64,000 nt of DNA from Anthoceros angustus. Lineage: Eukaryota; Plantae; Anthocerotophyta. Within the stretch, counting starts at the first letter, position 1; the number at the start of each line of letters is the position of its first letter. Below are positions 24,494-36,155 of this stretch, in pieces. The stretch is taken from positions 1,128,971 to 1,192,970 of the forward strand of contig MU008175.1 of NCBI GenBank assembly GCA_010909165.1. The letters run 5' to 3'. The notes under the pieces are model-generated. The model was not told the DNA's origin, did no database searches, and was given only the letters and a program-made list of their open reading frames with translations. The position numbers and the translations under genes are program-made.

Positions 24494-27400
24494 ATGTTAT
24501 CTCTTGCTGCGCGCAGCGCGGTCAAGTCATGCCGCAGCCATCCTGGCTGCGGCAGCCACAGGCAGCACAACCTTGCCTGTTTCGACACTAGCTTGGCAGG
24601 GCCTCCGAGTGGGAGGCAAACAGGTGAGCTCAGCGAGACCGTGAAAGCATTGGAGAGAGGATCCGAATTAACCCCATCTCTGTTAAGCCGGATCCTGAGA
24701 AGGTGCATAGCACAAAGGGATATTGGACTTGGGAGGCGTGTGCATGCTGTTTGTCGAACAGGCGGACATGAGTCGGACGCATTCTTGGCCAACGATATCA
24801 TTCGCATGTATGCTTCTCATGGACTGCTGCAGGAAGCAAACGATGTGTTTACCAAATTTGCTGCCCCAGACACGTTTGTGTGGTTTTCCATCATTCAGGC
24901 ACATGCACAACTGGGACAGCCTCGTCGTGCTATACAGCTGTACAGAGAGATGCAACAGGATTCAGGTGTGCAGCTAAACAACCACATCTATGGTGCAGTT
25001 CTCAAGGCCTGTGCATCTACAGCAGACTTGGTCTCTGGCAGGCAGGTGCATGCTGATGTGTTGGGGAGCATGGTGGAGCCCAATATGTATGTGGGCAGCT
25101 GCCTGGTGGACATGTATATCAAATGTGGGAGCCTAGAGGATGCTCGCAGAGTGTTCGACAGCTTGACCAAAAAAGATGTGGTATCCTGGAATGGCATGAT
25201 TGCAGGGTATGCTCAGAATGGGTTTGGCGGCGAAGCTCTTTCTCTCTATGCAGCAATGCAAAAGGAGGCCAACACTCCAGCAAATCACGTCACATTTGCC
25301 TCCTTACTCAAAGCATGTGCAAGCATTGGGGCTTTGCATGAGGGCAAGGGCATCCATTCGGACATTCGGGTACGAGGACTTGAAGCTGACGTGTTTCTTG
25401 GAGGCTGCCTCCTGGATATGTATGCAAAATGCGGGTGCTTGGATGATGCTCGCAGAGTGTTTGACGCTATGCCAACTAGAGATGTGGTTACGTGGAACGC
25501 CATGCTTGCTGGATATGCTCGGCGAGATCTTACTCAGAAGTGTATGTCTCTTTACGCCAGTATGCAGGAGGAGGGCATCACGAGACCTGATCCTGTCACA
25601 TTTCTGTGCCTGCTGAAAGCGTGCGCAAGCAGTAGGGCCTTACATCAAGGCAAGCAGCTTCATTCTCAAATTTTGCAAAGAGGGCTAGAAAGTGATCTGG
25701 TTCTTGGCAACAGCATTGTGGACATGTATGCAAAATGTGGCAGCTTGATGGATGCATGCATAGTGTTTGAAATGTTGCCTGCCAAAGATCTGGTGACATG
25801 GAATGCCATGATTACCGGCTACTGCAGTAACGGGCTTGGCCACGAAGCTCTCTCTGTTTATGCAAGGATGCAGCAGGAGGGTGTGGCGTTAGCGGACAAG
25901 GTCACATTTTCCTGTCTTTTGAAAGCATGTGGGAGCATCAGAGCTTTGAATGAAGGTAAGCAGCTTCATTCCCGAATTCGGGAAAGTGGATTGCACGGTG
26001 ATGTGGTCATAAGCAACTGTCTGGTGGACATGTATGCAAAATGTGGGAGCTTAGTGGATGCCCGCAGGATGTTTGATGGGTTGCCCACAAAAGATGTGGT
26101 GTCTTGGAATACAATGATCTCAGGATATGGTGAGCACGGCCTTGGCCAAGAAGCTCTTGGTCTGTTTGCGAGTATGCAGGAGGAGGGGATCACCCCCCCA
26201 GATCGTGTGACATTCATATCCCTTCTGAAAGCATGTGGAAGCATTGGCGCATTAGATGCAGGAAAGGCGCTGCACCTGAAGGTTCAAGAGAATGAACTGG
26301 AAGGTGATCAAGTCATGGGCAACTGCCTGGTGGACATGTACGCCAAATGTGGCAGTTTAGAGGACGCTAGCAAAGTGTTCAACAGTTTGCCGAAGAAAGA
26401 TTTGGTTAGCTGGAATGCAATGCTCTCCGGCTTTGTCCAGCAGGGGCTTGGCATAGAGTGCCTTTCTATGTATGAAAGAATGCAACAGGAGTGTATCACT
26501 CCAGCGGATCACATCACTTTTGTATCTGTTTTGAAGGCATGTGCTATCAGTGGAGACCTACATCAGGGAATGCAGCTTCATTCCCAGATTCAACTTCAGG
26601 GCTTTGAAGCTGATGTAAGCATCGGCAATTGCCTGGTGGACATGTATGCAAAATGCGGAAGTGTGGATCGTGCTCGTGAGGTTTTTGAGCAGTTACCCAC
26701 GAAGAACATTGTAACATGGAATGCAATGATAGGGGGATATGCTCAGCATGGGCTGGGCCAAGAAGCTCTTGCCCTTTATGCTCGTTTGCAACAGGAGGGC
26801 AAGCATTCGGCGAATCACGTCACCTTTGTGTGCCTTCTTAAAGCATGCGCCAGCAGTGTATCTTTACATGAGGGCAAGGAGCTTCATTCCCAGATTCAGG
26901 AGAGAGAACTGGAAGGCGACGTAGTGGTTGGCAACTGCCTGGTGGACATGTACGCAAAATGTGGGAGCTTAGAGGAGGCCCGCAAAATGTTTGAGAAGGT
27001 TTCCAGGAAAGATGTTGTAACGTGGAATTCGATGCTGGCAGCCTACGCTCAAAACGGGCTTGGTCAGGAATCCCTTGCCCTTTATTCCAGCATGCAGAAG
27101 GAGGGCGTCACAGTTGCTGATCAAGTGACGTTTGTGTGCCTGCTAAAGGCTTGCTCCCGCACTGGGTCTTTACTTGAGGGCAAGGAACTCCACTCTCAGA
27201 TCAAGGCAAGGGGACTGGAAGGTGATTCGGTTCTGGGAAACAGCCTGGTTGACATGTACGCCAGATGTGGAAGCCTAGAGGATGCTCGCAGGGTGTTTGA
27301 TAACCTGCCTTCGAAGGACTTGGTGACATGGAATGCGATGATCACAGGATATGCCCAACATGAACAGGGCGAAGAAGCTCTTACACTTTACTCAAAAATG

Positions 27401-28303
27401 CAACAGGAGGGAATAACATCAGCCGACAGCATCACATTTGCGTGCCTTCTGAAATCCTGTGCCAGCGTTGGAGCAGTTCAGCAGGGGAAGCAACTCCACT
27501 CCCAGATTCGGCGTCAAGGATTAGAAGCCGATCTCCTCATGGGTAACTGCCTGGTGGACATGTATGCCAAGTGCGGGAGCTTAGAAGACGCCTGCAGGGT
27601 GTTCCAAGCAATGAACACTAGGGATGTCGTAACATGGACTGCCATGATTTCCGGATACGCTCAGCACGGCCTTGGGAAAGAAGCAGTCCAGTGCTATGAG
27701 GAAATGCGGGCGGCGGGCATCAGACCAGATGAGGTGACATTTGTATCTCTCTTGTCTGCATGCAGCCATGGCGGCCTGGTTGAAAAAGGGGCCGAGTACT
27801 TCGAGTCCATGTCAAAAGACTTCAGCATCACGCCAGAGATAGAGCATCACATCAGCATGGTGGACCTTCTCGGGCGCGCAGGCCGGTTTGCAGAGGTGGA
27901 AGCTGTGCTGTCAAGGATGCCCATGCAGCCTGATCTGGCAACGTGGCTGTGCCTGCTCGCAGCGTGTAGGAAGCACGGCAACCTGGCGTTGGCGGATCAG
28001 GCCTTTCAGCGTGCCGTGAGCCTCCAACCAACGCATCCGGCCGCGTACCTGGTGATGTCCCATATCTACGCCGATGCCGGACTGTTGGAGCGTGCAGATG
28101 AGGTTTTGGCGTCGAGGCAGCAGGAAGGCGCGCCGAAGCAGCCCGGGCGGAGCTGGATCGAGCATGACTCGGAGCTACACACGTTCGTGGTAGGCGACCA
28201 CCTTCAGGCACGGCATAAACAAATACGCGATATGTTAGTGGAGCTGAGCTGGAAGGTTAGCTGTTCAGAACACAACTGCCAACGAAGCAAAGCGATGGCA
28301 TAG
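24494..28303 (+). CDS. Very long PLS-class PPR protein (~32 motifs), E+ type
   Basis: 1269-aa intronless ORF with ten L-S-P triplets plus L2/S2, E1/E2 and KQPGRSWIEHDSELHTFVVGD. Confidence 0.95.
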   Translation: MLSLAARSAVKSCRSHPGCGSHRQHNLACFDTSLAGPPSGRQTGELSETVKALERGSELTPSLLSRILRRCIAQRDIGLGRRVHAVCRTGGHESDAFLANDIIRMYASHGLLQEANDVFTKFAAPDTFVWFSIIQAHAQLGQPRRAIQLYREMQQDSGVQLNNHIYGAVLKACASTADLVSGRQVHADVLGSMVEPNMYVGSCLVDMYIKCGSLEDARRVFDSLTKKDVVSWNGMIAGYAQNGFGGEALSLYAAMQKEANTPANHVTFASLLKACASIGALHEGKGIHSDIRVRGLEADVFLGGCLLDMYAKCGCLDDARRVFDAMPTRDVVTWNAMLAGYARRDLTQKCMSLYASMQEEGITRPDPVTFLCLLKACASSRALHQGKQLHSQILQRGLESDLVLGNSIVDMYAKCGSLMDACIVFEMLPAKDLVTWNAMITGYCSNGLGHEALSVYARMQQEGVALADKVTFSCLLKACGSIRALNEGKQLHSRIRESGLHGDVVISNCLVDMYAKCGSLVDARRMFDGLPTKDVVSWNTMISGYGEHGLGQEALGLFASMQEEGITPPDRVTFISLLKACGSIGALDAGKALHLKVQENELEGDQVMGNCLVDMYAKCGSLEDASKVFNSLPKKDLVSWNAMLSGFVQQGLGIECLSMYERMQQECITPADHITFVSVLKACAISGDLHQGMQLHSQIQLQGFEADVSIGNCLVDMYAKCGSVDRAREVFEQLPTKNIVTWNAMIGGYAQHGLGQEALALYARLQQEGKHSANHVTFVCLLKACASSVSLHEGKELHSQIQERELEGDVVVGNCLVDMYAKCGSLEEARKMFEKVSRKDVVTWNSMLAAYAQNGLGQESLALYSSMQKEGVTVADQVTFVCLLKACSRTGSLLEGKELHSQIKARGLEGDSVLGNSLVDMYARCGSLEDARRVFDNLPSKDLVTWNAMITGYAQHEQGEEALTLYSKMQQEGITSADSITFACLLKSCASVGAVQQGKQLHSQIRRQGLEADLLMGNCLVDMYAKCGSLEDACRVFQAMNTRDVVTWTAMISGYAQHGLGKEAVQCYEEMRAAGIRPDEVTFVSLLSACSHGGLVEKGAEYFESMSKDFSITPEIEHHISMVDLLGRAGRFAEVEAVLSRMPMQPDLATWLCLLAACRKHGNLALADQAFQRAVSLQPTHPAAYLVMSHIYADAGLLERADEVLASRQQEGAPKQPGRSWIEHDSELHTFVVGDHLQARHKQIRDMLVELSWKVSCSEHNCQRSKAMA

Positions 28304-30254
28304 GATCAAAAGCTAGGATCCGACGAAGCCCAGCTTGTTGCCTCGAAATTTTGTGTGACTCCTATCTGGTCGAAAAGCGAAGTATGTTGCCCTCGAAATA
28401 CTATCTGTTTGACGAAGTCCAATCCTTCACACTCGAGTCAAGCAACTGCAAGGCTGGCAACATTTAATGCGTTGCTATTATTCGAGATATGGAAAAGCTG
28501 GCCAAGATTTGTGGCATCTCCTTATCCCCCCGCAGCCGCTCTGTCAGGAAGCTGTCGTGCACATGTGTATCTTATTATTGTACTCGGCTGCAAGTGGCAT
28601 GGGGAAGGTGGTAGGGGAACTGGCCGAGAAGGGATGCAAGACGGACGTTAGATACTTTCGTTCGCATGCAGTCGTGGCAAAGCTTATGAAAACATAAATG
28701 TACCTTTGGAGTAGTAGGTGAGCGCCAAGCCAGAAGCCCGCCAATGACGAGACTGCAGTCCTGGGCTTCCAAGAGGTCCATACAATACCACGTACATACA
28801 AGAGTTTTAAACTTGAACTTCTAAGGGGATCCTGTAACCGGAACTCCCATTGCCATGCGTGGTATGCATAGGAAACTCGGATCAAGATTCTACGTACTGT
28901 ACAGTTACAAACCCTGGCACCACTTCCAATCAGGCACCGCCCTCCTGCTCCTCGAAAAGCACTCAACAAACCTTTTTACGATCGGCGCCGTGTCCAACAT
29001 CCAAGCAGCAGGGGGTGGACGCAACAGTAGCGCAGACAAACCTAGAAGAGTAAGAGTCTCCAGACTGATGGAACGAAGACTGTGGTAACCGCACAGGAGC
29101 GTGTGAAAGCCACACTCCCTCCAGAATCCAGACAGCTGTAGCAGGCGGTGGTGGAACCGGTGAGTCGATGCATCTGCAGAAGAGTGTGATGCGCAACAGA
29201 GGGACGCGGGAAGCCGACATCCATCGGTTCCCGAATGGGGATGAGGCGGCCGTACGCGCGAGGGGAAGCCAGCTAGAAGCGAAGCGTGTGGAAGAGGAAG
29301 GTGTGGTTGAGAAACGCGTTAGACCCGACCCGACGCGAGTCGAGGAAACTCGACTCGATTCGAAGCTGCTGGACGGTTCCATGTGGCATGGGCCCCGGCA
29401 GCGACGCAGCGGACGTGCGGCGCGAGGGCAGGGTGTACGAGGGGGAGGGTGAGGTGGCGGCAGTGGGGCACGTTCTGCCACAGCCCGAACGCGGCGCCAT
29501 GTGAAGGGGTTCAATTTTTTAGCGGTATGGAACATGAGCGGGGTCGGATAAGACCAAAATATCGTGCCCTAAACTTCTGAATGGCTTGGAGTTTATGAAC
29601 TTCCAGGCCGTGAATAAGCTAGGGCGTGCAGCTTTGCCTGAAGGGGCGTGCCGAGAGTGTAGAACACACGGAATTAACCCCGCATTTAGGCTGCCACTTG
29701 CAGCCTGCCCACGGCTCCTGGCGCACTGTGTGCGCTCAGATGCGCAGATCGCGCCTCCTGGAGATGGCACCTCTTCTGCGGGTTTTCCGCGGGCCATTTC
29801 TTATACCCTTGTCCTGCCACCTCCCATGTTCATCGCAAGCGCAGCTCGCAGCTCGCAGCTCGCATTTCGCAAAGTGCCTTCTGCCTTCTGCCTGCCCTTG
29901 CTGCAGAAGGTTCGCAAGACTATTGTATCGTCTTGTATCACCTTCGGCGAATCTGCTGTCAGCAGTCTGTCAATCAATCAGTCTCGCAGTCTCTTTGTCT
30001 CGTCTTCTACCTTGTCCTGGCTCGGACTGGAAGTGGAGCACGAAATCCATGCAATCACAGCCGCAATCCGGCCCAGCGGAAGAGGAAGGAGGAGGAAGAG
30101 GAAGAGGAAGGGGAAGAGGGGAAGCCGCGGCACCGGGTCCGCCATCTCTAGCGTGAGTCGTGCCGTCCTGGACCAGCTGCCATCTTGGAGAGCGGATCCT
30201 TGGAACAGCCATAGCCCGTAGCTAGGAGGAGGGAAGGACGCGAATTGTTCCGGG

Positions 30255-31473
30255 ATGGCGAATCCCACGGCGGTGAAGCTTGTGCTGGCGGTGCTTGCGC
30301 TGCTGGCCGCGGCCGGGAACGCGCAGCTGTCGGCGACTTTCTATCAGAAGAGTTGCCCGAACGCGGCGGCAATCATCAAACAGGCTGTGTTGGACCAGTT
30401 CAATCAGGATCAGTTCGAGGTGCCGTCGGTGCTCCGCCTCTGCTTCCACGACGCCTTCGCGGGAAATGTGAGTCTCCGTTCTTTCGCATTGCGACGCGCA
30501 GGCCCGGCTGGATCTGGCAGAGGAGGGATCTGGATTTGCTGACGGTGATGCGGCTGGTGCAGGGAATCGACGGAGGCATCCTCATCACAGGCTCCAAGTC
30601 GGAGCAGGTGGCGGAAGGCAACACGGATCTGGCGATCAACGGGTTCGACGCCATAGCCAACGTGAAGGCGGCGGTGGAGGCCAAATGCAAGGGCGTGGTG
30701 TCGTGCTCCGACATCCTGGCGCAGGCCTGCCGGGACGTGGTGGTGCTGGCGGGCGGGCCGACCTGGGACGTTAGGTTCGGGCGCAGGGACACCAGGGTGG
30801 CGCTGGCCAGCAACGTGCACCTTCCCGGCGGGGACACGAGCCTGGACCAGATCATCGCCGACTTCCAGAAGATCGGCCTAACAGCGCACGACGTGGTGAC
30901 GCTGTCCGGTGAGCGATTCTATTCTGTGCTGCGATTGCTTCTTCAAATCTTGCTTCGCCTTCTTCAAGTTTGAATGTAACTTGGGAGTGGAAAAAACTTT
31001 GCAACCAACGTGCGGAACGTGGGAGGAATCTGAGTTGTTTCTTCATCTTTCTGCCTGCAGGCGCGCATACGGTCGGATTCGCTCACTGCCACTCCTTGGT
31101 CAATAGGCTGTACAACTTCAACAGCACTGTGCAGACGGACCCGGCGCTGGACCCGGCGCTGGCCCAGCAGCTCAAGGACACATGCCCCCAGAAGAACTTC
31201 GACCAGAACGTGGTGGTGCCGCTAGACCCCAACAGCGTCTTCAAGTTCGACAGGATCTTCTACAAGAATCTGCGGGTGGGGCAGGGGGTGCTGGCGTCGG
31301 ACCAGATTCTGGCGAGCGATCGACGCACGAAAGGCCTTGTCAAGAAGTACTCCAAGAACACCAAGACCTTCTTCACCGCCTTCGCGGATGCCATGGTGCG
31401 CATGAGCGAGGCCAACGTGCTGACGGGCACGCAGGGAGAAATCCGCTTGGTCTGCTCCAAAATCAACAAGTGA
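30255..31473 (+). CDS. Class III secretory heme peroxidase; 3 exons
   Basis: Exons 30255-30467, 30563-30908, 31061-31473. Signal peptide, QLSATFYQKSCP, RLCFHD, VSCSDIL, GRRD, LSGAHTVG, FD..FY.NL, GEIRLVC. Confidence 0.95.
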
Positions 31474-31810
31474 AGGCTAGGATCCCATTCCACAGTCGAA
31501 CAAAGCCTGAAGAATTTGGAATTCAACACTCGACTGCTCTAGGTTAGGTAACTGACCTTACCATTATTTCAGCTTGCTCCAACATCTGCAGGCAGCGCCA
31601 CAATAAGGCAGCATGCCTCAGTTAACCCGTTGCCATCTGCGGTGGGATGGGAATCTGTGTGCTTGCCCATACCCGCTCGCCCAATTACTGGGCCTTCTCT
31701 TTGTACTTAAAAAATTCTTTTGCTGCTTGTAAATCAATCAAGTGTTCCACACACAACCTCCAGCCTGCTCAATTAGAACACACCCTCCAGCATGTGTTTC
31801 TTTATCACCA

Positions 31811-33787
31811 TCACCTTCCACCTTCGGACTGTAGCTTTGAGCTCAACATTCCTACCAGCGCATGCAGCTGCTGATGTTGTGGATGCCGGCGGTCTCCCAC
31901 CACGAAAGTGTGTACCTTCTGCTCGTGCTCTATCCAGCTCTCACCAGGCTTCTTCCAGGCACCTTGGGCTTGCCTGAGACTGTGAACCTCCGCTGCCCTG
32001 TCCAGCAAGCCGGCATCTGCGTACATGTGAGACATGAGCACGTAGGACAGGGGATGTTTCGGCTGCAGCTGCACTGCTTGCTTGAAGGCTTCTTCACCCA
32101 GAGCTATGTTGCCATGCTTTCGGCAAGCTCCCATGACGCACAGCCATGTGGATAGGTCAGGTTGCATGGGCATGCTTGACATGAGCTCTTGCAGCCTGGA
32201 GAAGCGTCCGGCACGGCCCAAGAGGTCGATCATGGTGCCGTAGTGCCCCGTGTTTGGGGTGATGTTGTAGTCCCTGCTCATGGATTCCAAGTACTTCTCG
32301 CCTTGCTCCACCAGGCCGGCATGGCTGCAAGCGGAGAGGAGTGAAAGGAAAGTGACCTCGTCTGGCCTGGTTCCAGCCATCTGTAGATGCTGGAAACACT
32401 GCACCGCTTCCTCACCGTACCCGTGCTGCGCGTAGGCCGAGATCATGGCACTCCATGTCACCACGTCTTTTCTAGGCAAGCTCTGGAAAACTCGGCAGGC
32501 GTCCTCCAAGCTCCCACATTTAGCGTACATGTCCACCAGACTGTTCCCGACAAGCAAGGCAGCATCCAGACCTCGGGCTTGAGTCTGGGAGTGCAGCTGC
32601 CTCCCCTGGTGCAGGGCTCCCATGCTGGCGCAGGCCTTTAACAGGCATGCGAATGCGACATGGTCGGCTAGGCTGATGCCCTCCTGCAGCATGCTTGCAT
32701 AGAGATTGAGGGACTCCTGGCCGAGCCCATGCTGAGCATATCCTGCGATCATGGCAGTCCAGGCCACTACATCTTTCTCGGACAGCTTGTCGAACACCCG
32801 GCGGGCATCCTCCAGGGTGCCACATTTGGCATACATGTCCACCAGGCAGCTTCCAATCACAACATCAGCTTCCAATCCCCGGTCCTGTATCAGAGCATGC
32901 AGCTCCCTGCCATCCTGCAAAGCTCCGATGCTGGCACAAGCTTTCACAAGGCAGGCAAGTGTGACATGGTCGGCGACTGTCACCCCCTCCTGCTGCATGC
33001 TCGCATAAAGGGACAGGGATTCCTGACCACGCCCATGCTGCAAGTACCCTCCTATCATGGCAGTCCAGGACACAACATCCTTGGTGGGCATCTGGTCAAA
33101 CACTCTGCGGGCATCCTCCAGGCTGCCACATTTGGAGTACATGTCCACCAGGCAGTTGCCCACAAACACATTGGGCTCCAAGCCAGAGCGCACAACATCA
33201 GCATGGACTTCCTGACCAGATGCCAAATCTGCTGCAGCTGTACATGCTTTCAGAGCAGCCACAAACACATGGTTGTCGGCATTTGCACCCGACTCTCGCA
33301 TGCTTCGGTACAGTGTCACGGCCTGTGCAGGCTGTCCAAGTTCACCATGGGCCAAAATGATGGACACCCACATGAACGAGTCAGGTGTAGCCAGCCTGGT
33401 GAACACCTGCATTGCCTCATGCAGCCTCCTCTGAGAAGCGTACATGCGGATGACGTGGTTGGCCAAAAAAGTGTTGGACTCGTATCCACTTTTCACGCTC
33501 AGAGCATGAACTCGCTTCCCAGAATTCAAATCCCTTTGCCGAATGCACCTGCTCAAAGCAGCATAAAAGAGAGCTGAGGGAATGTAAAATCCTTGCTCGA
33601 CGGCCTGCCTCACCTGCTCCTCCTCATTCTCAATCCAGCTCGGCCTAGGCTTCTCCCTTTCCCGTTCCCGTTCCCTTTCCACCTGTTTCACCTCCTTTGC
33701 GCAGTCCAACCAGGCAGCACCTTGGGCAGAAATCGTCCTCAACTGTCTGTCCTCACAAGTTCTGCTCCAAGTTGCTATCTGCTTCAT
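31811..33787 (-). CDS. PLS-class PPR protein, E+ type
   Basis: P-L-S triplets and C-terminal WKKPGESWIEHEQKVHTFVVGD..HP. The true start is uncertain; the first in-frame ATG is at 33787. Confidence 0.92.
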   Translation of the reverse strand: MKQIATWSRTCEDRQLRTISAQGAAWLDCAKEVKQVEREREREREKPRPSWIENEEEQVRQAVEQGFYIPSALFYAALSRCIRQRDLNSGKRVHALSVKSGYESNTFLANHVIRMYASQRRLHEAMQVFTRLATPDSFMWVSIILAHGELGQPAQAVTLYRSMRESGANADNHVFVAALKACTAAADLASGQEVHADVVRSGLEPNVFVGNCLVDMYSKCGSLEDARRVFDQMPTKDVVSWTAMIGGYLQHGRGQESLSLYASMQQEGVTVADHVTLACLVKACASIGALQDGRELHALIQDRGLEADVVIGSCLVDMYAKCGTLEDARRVFDKLSEKDVVAWTAMIAGYAQHGLGQESLNLYASMLQEGISLADHVAFACLLKACASMGALHQGRQLHSQTQARGLDAALLVGNSLVDMYAKCGSLEDACRVFQSLPRKDVVTWSAMISAYAQHGYGEEAVQCFQHLQMAGTRPDEVTFLSLLSACSHAGLVEQGEKYLESMSRDYNITPNTGHYGTMIDLLGRAGRFSRLQELMSSMPMQPDLSTWLCVMGACRKHGNIALGEEAFKQAVQLQPKHPLSYVLMSHMYADAGLLDRAAEVHSLRQAQGAWKKPGESWIEHEQKVHTFVVGDRRHPQHQQLHALVGMLSSKLQSEGGR

Positions 33788-34398
33788 ACCCAACGTGGTG
33801 AAGCAGTTTCCTGCTGCTGTGGTTTTCTGTTTGGTTCACAACCTCCCGACACACAATTTTCCCGTCTCCAAGCCCTACAAATACTGGCGCCATGAATCCG
33901 CTTTGGCCTTCAGGCGAGCAGCAACGAAGAGCTCCACCAAGCAATCCACATCAATGGCCTAGCCCTCATCCCATGAAGTGCGAATCGTGGATGCAAATAG
34001 TCGATGCCGGATTGCAACTTCGTCGAGTCTCTTAGGACATTGCGTGCTACAAATCTCACTCCAAACGCAGTAGTCGCCCTGCAGCACATCGCCGTTCGTT
34101 TCAAGTTGGGTGTCAACTTCAGTTTAGCGCATAGGCGTGACCTGGAGCGGACGTGCTGGAATTTCGAACGCAAAAAAGAATTGAAAGGACCATGTGTACA
34201 TATGTACGTGGAAATGGAGGTTCCTTTACGGCAAGGTGTGATATGTACGAGGGTTCTACCTGGCGATCAGCTGCAACGAGTCCAGCAAGCCCAAAGCATG
34301 CAAGAGTGAAAGGAACAGCCAGAACCCCTTCCTCACTGCGCTATTCTGAGGTCCGTGTTGATGACACCTCTCAGCTGCAGCCTGGAACCTTGAGCTCT

Positions 34399-36155
34399 TC
34401 ATCTAAAAAAGAATTTCCAGATCTCCCGCACATTCGAGCTGCCATCGGCAAACTCTGCCACCAGATGAGCCCCCATGATACCTGGACACATCAACCGCAG
34501 GCATCAGGCTACCCGGAACAAGTTGCTGCCATTGGTGACTCTCAAAGGTTTGTCAAAATACAAACCTTCTTCCTCCACGACGCTCTTAAACTGTCTGCTG
34601 CCACCCCCAACACCGAAATAATGCTTCTTGGCAGCCATATACACCACACCATACGAAGGTCTGAGACACTACAAAAAAAGGGAGCCACCAAAGAATCAAT
34701 GGTTAAGCTCTGGCTTGGGCTTGCCACAAACATGAAGGACAGGGAACCAACAACACAAGCACCAACCTTCTTTATCAAAGCGTACAGCTTGGGTAGAGAG
34801 GGAAGGGAGTAAACAGTTTCTGACATCAAGATGATGTCGTACCCGCCTTCACCCTCGCTGGTATCAACTGCCCTGTCACAAGCTCTACTGCCAGAGCGAC
34901 TTCTCAACCGAGACCTGACTCCTTCAGTGGGAGGCTGAGTACCATTTGCGGGAGTGGAGGCAATGTCATCACCGCTAGTACTCCTATTGAGCAGCACATC
35001 TCCATCACCAAAGGAAAATTTAAATTCTGCACTGTTGCCATCGTCAGTGAACTCGGAAGCTTGGCTCGCGTGGACAACAGACAGTAGATGGTGAACATCA
35101 CTCCAATCACCAGCAAAGAACCGCACTTCAGGGCTGAGCTCCTTCAGCTCCTTGGACCTTGACGACAGGTGAGCATCACTCAGCCGTGGAGTCCTTGCCG
35201 GGGAGTTCTCCAAGGTGTTAACATTCACATTCGGGATCGTGAGGGACTTCAAAACGGCCGCATTGAAGTCTTGAAAGTGAACAGCTGACGCTCCCTAAAA
35301 TAAGACACGACACCGATACAGAGACGTCGGTCAGAACGGTCCACAGCAGTAGAAAGCCAACCTGTCGAGGCAAGAAAAAGGACATAACACAACTAACCTT
35401 CAAACAGGCAAGAATGCCAGGAAGCCCATGCCCGCAACCCAGCTGATAACATGTGCCGCACATGGCATGTGTCAGAACCACGTGAATGCTAACAAAAATC
35501 CCAACACAGCAGTAACAAAGAAACAAACCTCTAGCACCCGCTTCCCCCGAAAAGTGAGCCTTCCATCCTGAATTTCTCGACGAAGAGTTTCAATCAAGTC
35601 AATGGTGCACTCCCAGAGCTTGAACCCTCCTGTTAAAACCAGCACGACGCATGCTCCAGTCACTCCCACCGGTGACAGGCGGGACCTTGGGAATCGCAGG
35701 GGGACAAAGAGGTTCAGAATTTTACCCTCATACTTCCCAGGCACAAGGTCAGTATTGGACACACCAAGAGCAGCAGCTGCACTAACTCTGCCCTGCGATG
35801 TGGCAACACATCAAACACATCAGACATCTGGTGACATAAATTGGCCTACATGCTCCAGCTTGACCAGCGTTGTACTACCTTGAGAAGAGTGAGCCCCCGC
35901 TGAAGCGCAACTGTTTCTGTCACGTACGTCTTGGACGTCACTTCCTGCAGATCACCCAGTCCATCAGGGCACGGCAACCAAGACCATCCCGTACAGAATC
36001 AAAGCTGAAAGGCAGGGTACCTCGTCCTGGAAAACCTCCTCAGCGGGAGGAGGAGGGGCCGCAGGCGCAGCAGGAGCCTGGTTGATGAGCTCCTTTTCCG
36101 GATCCTGAACCACACAGTGCGTGGTGAGGCACGCAAGGAAGGAGGGAGCCTTCAT
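34399..36155 (-). CDS. METTL18: Histidine protein methyltransferase 1 homolog; 8 exons
   Basis: Exons ~36155-36021, 35944-35879, 35792-35726, 35629-35529, 35442-35398, 35294-34767, 34668-34566, 34481-34399. Motifs: DLVPGKYEGGFKLWE, GKRVLELGCGHGLPG, FFAGDW, YDIILMSETVY, SNVREIW. Confidence 0.93.

Noticed and set aside
29757-29795. Peptide resemblance (SSAGFPR) to the antisense of 49140-49190
   Set aside because: Nucleotide similarity is weak and both segments are non-coding, so it is treated as coincidence.
28355-30200. Short ORFs and an 8-bp GAAA-loop hairpin (~29337-29356) upstream of the peroxidase
   Set aside because: No recognisable protein or RNA family, and a hairpin this small is expected by chance.
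10474-33577. Many antisense and alternate-frame ORFs over the PPR genes
   Set aside because: They are shadow ORFs of repetitive GC-rich coding sequence.
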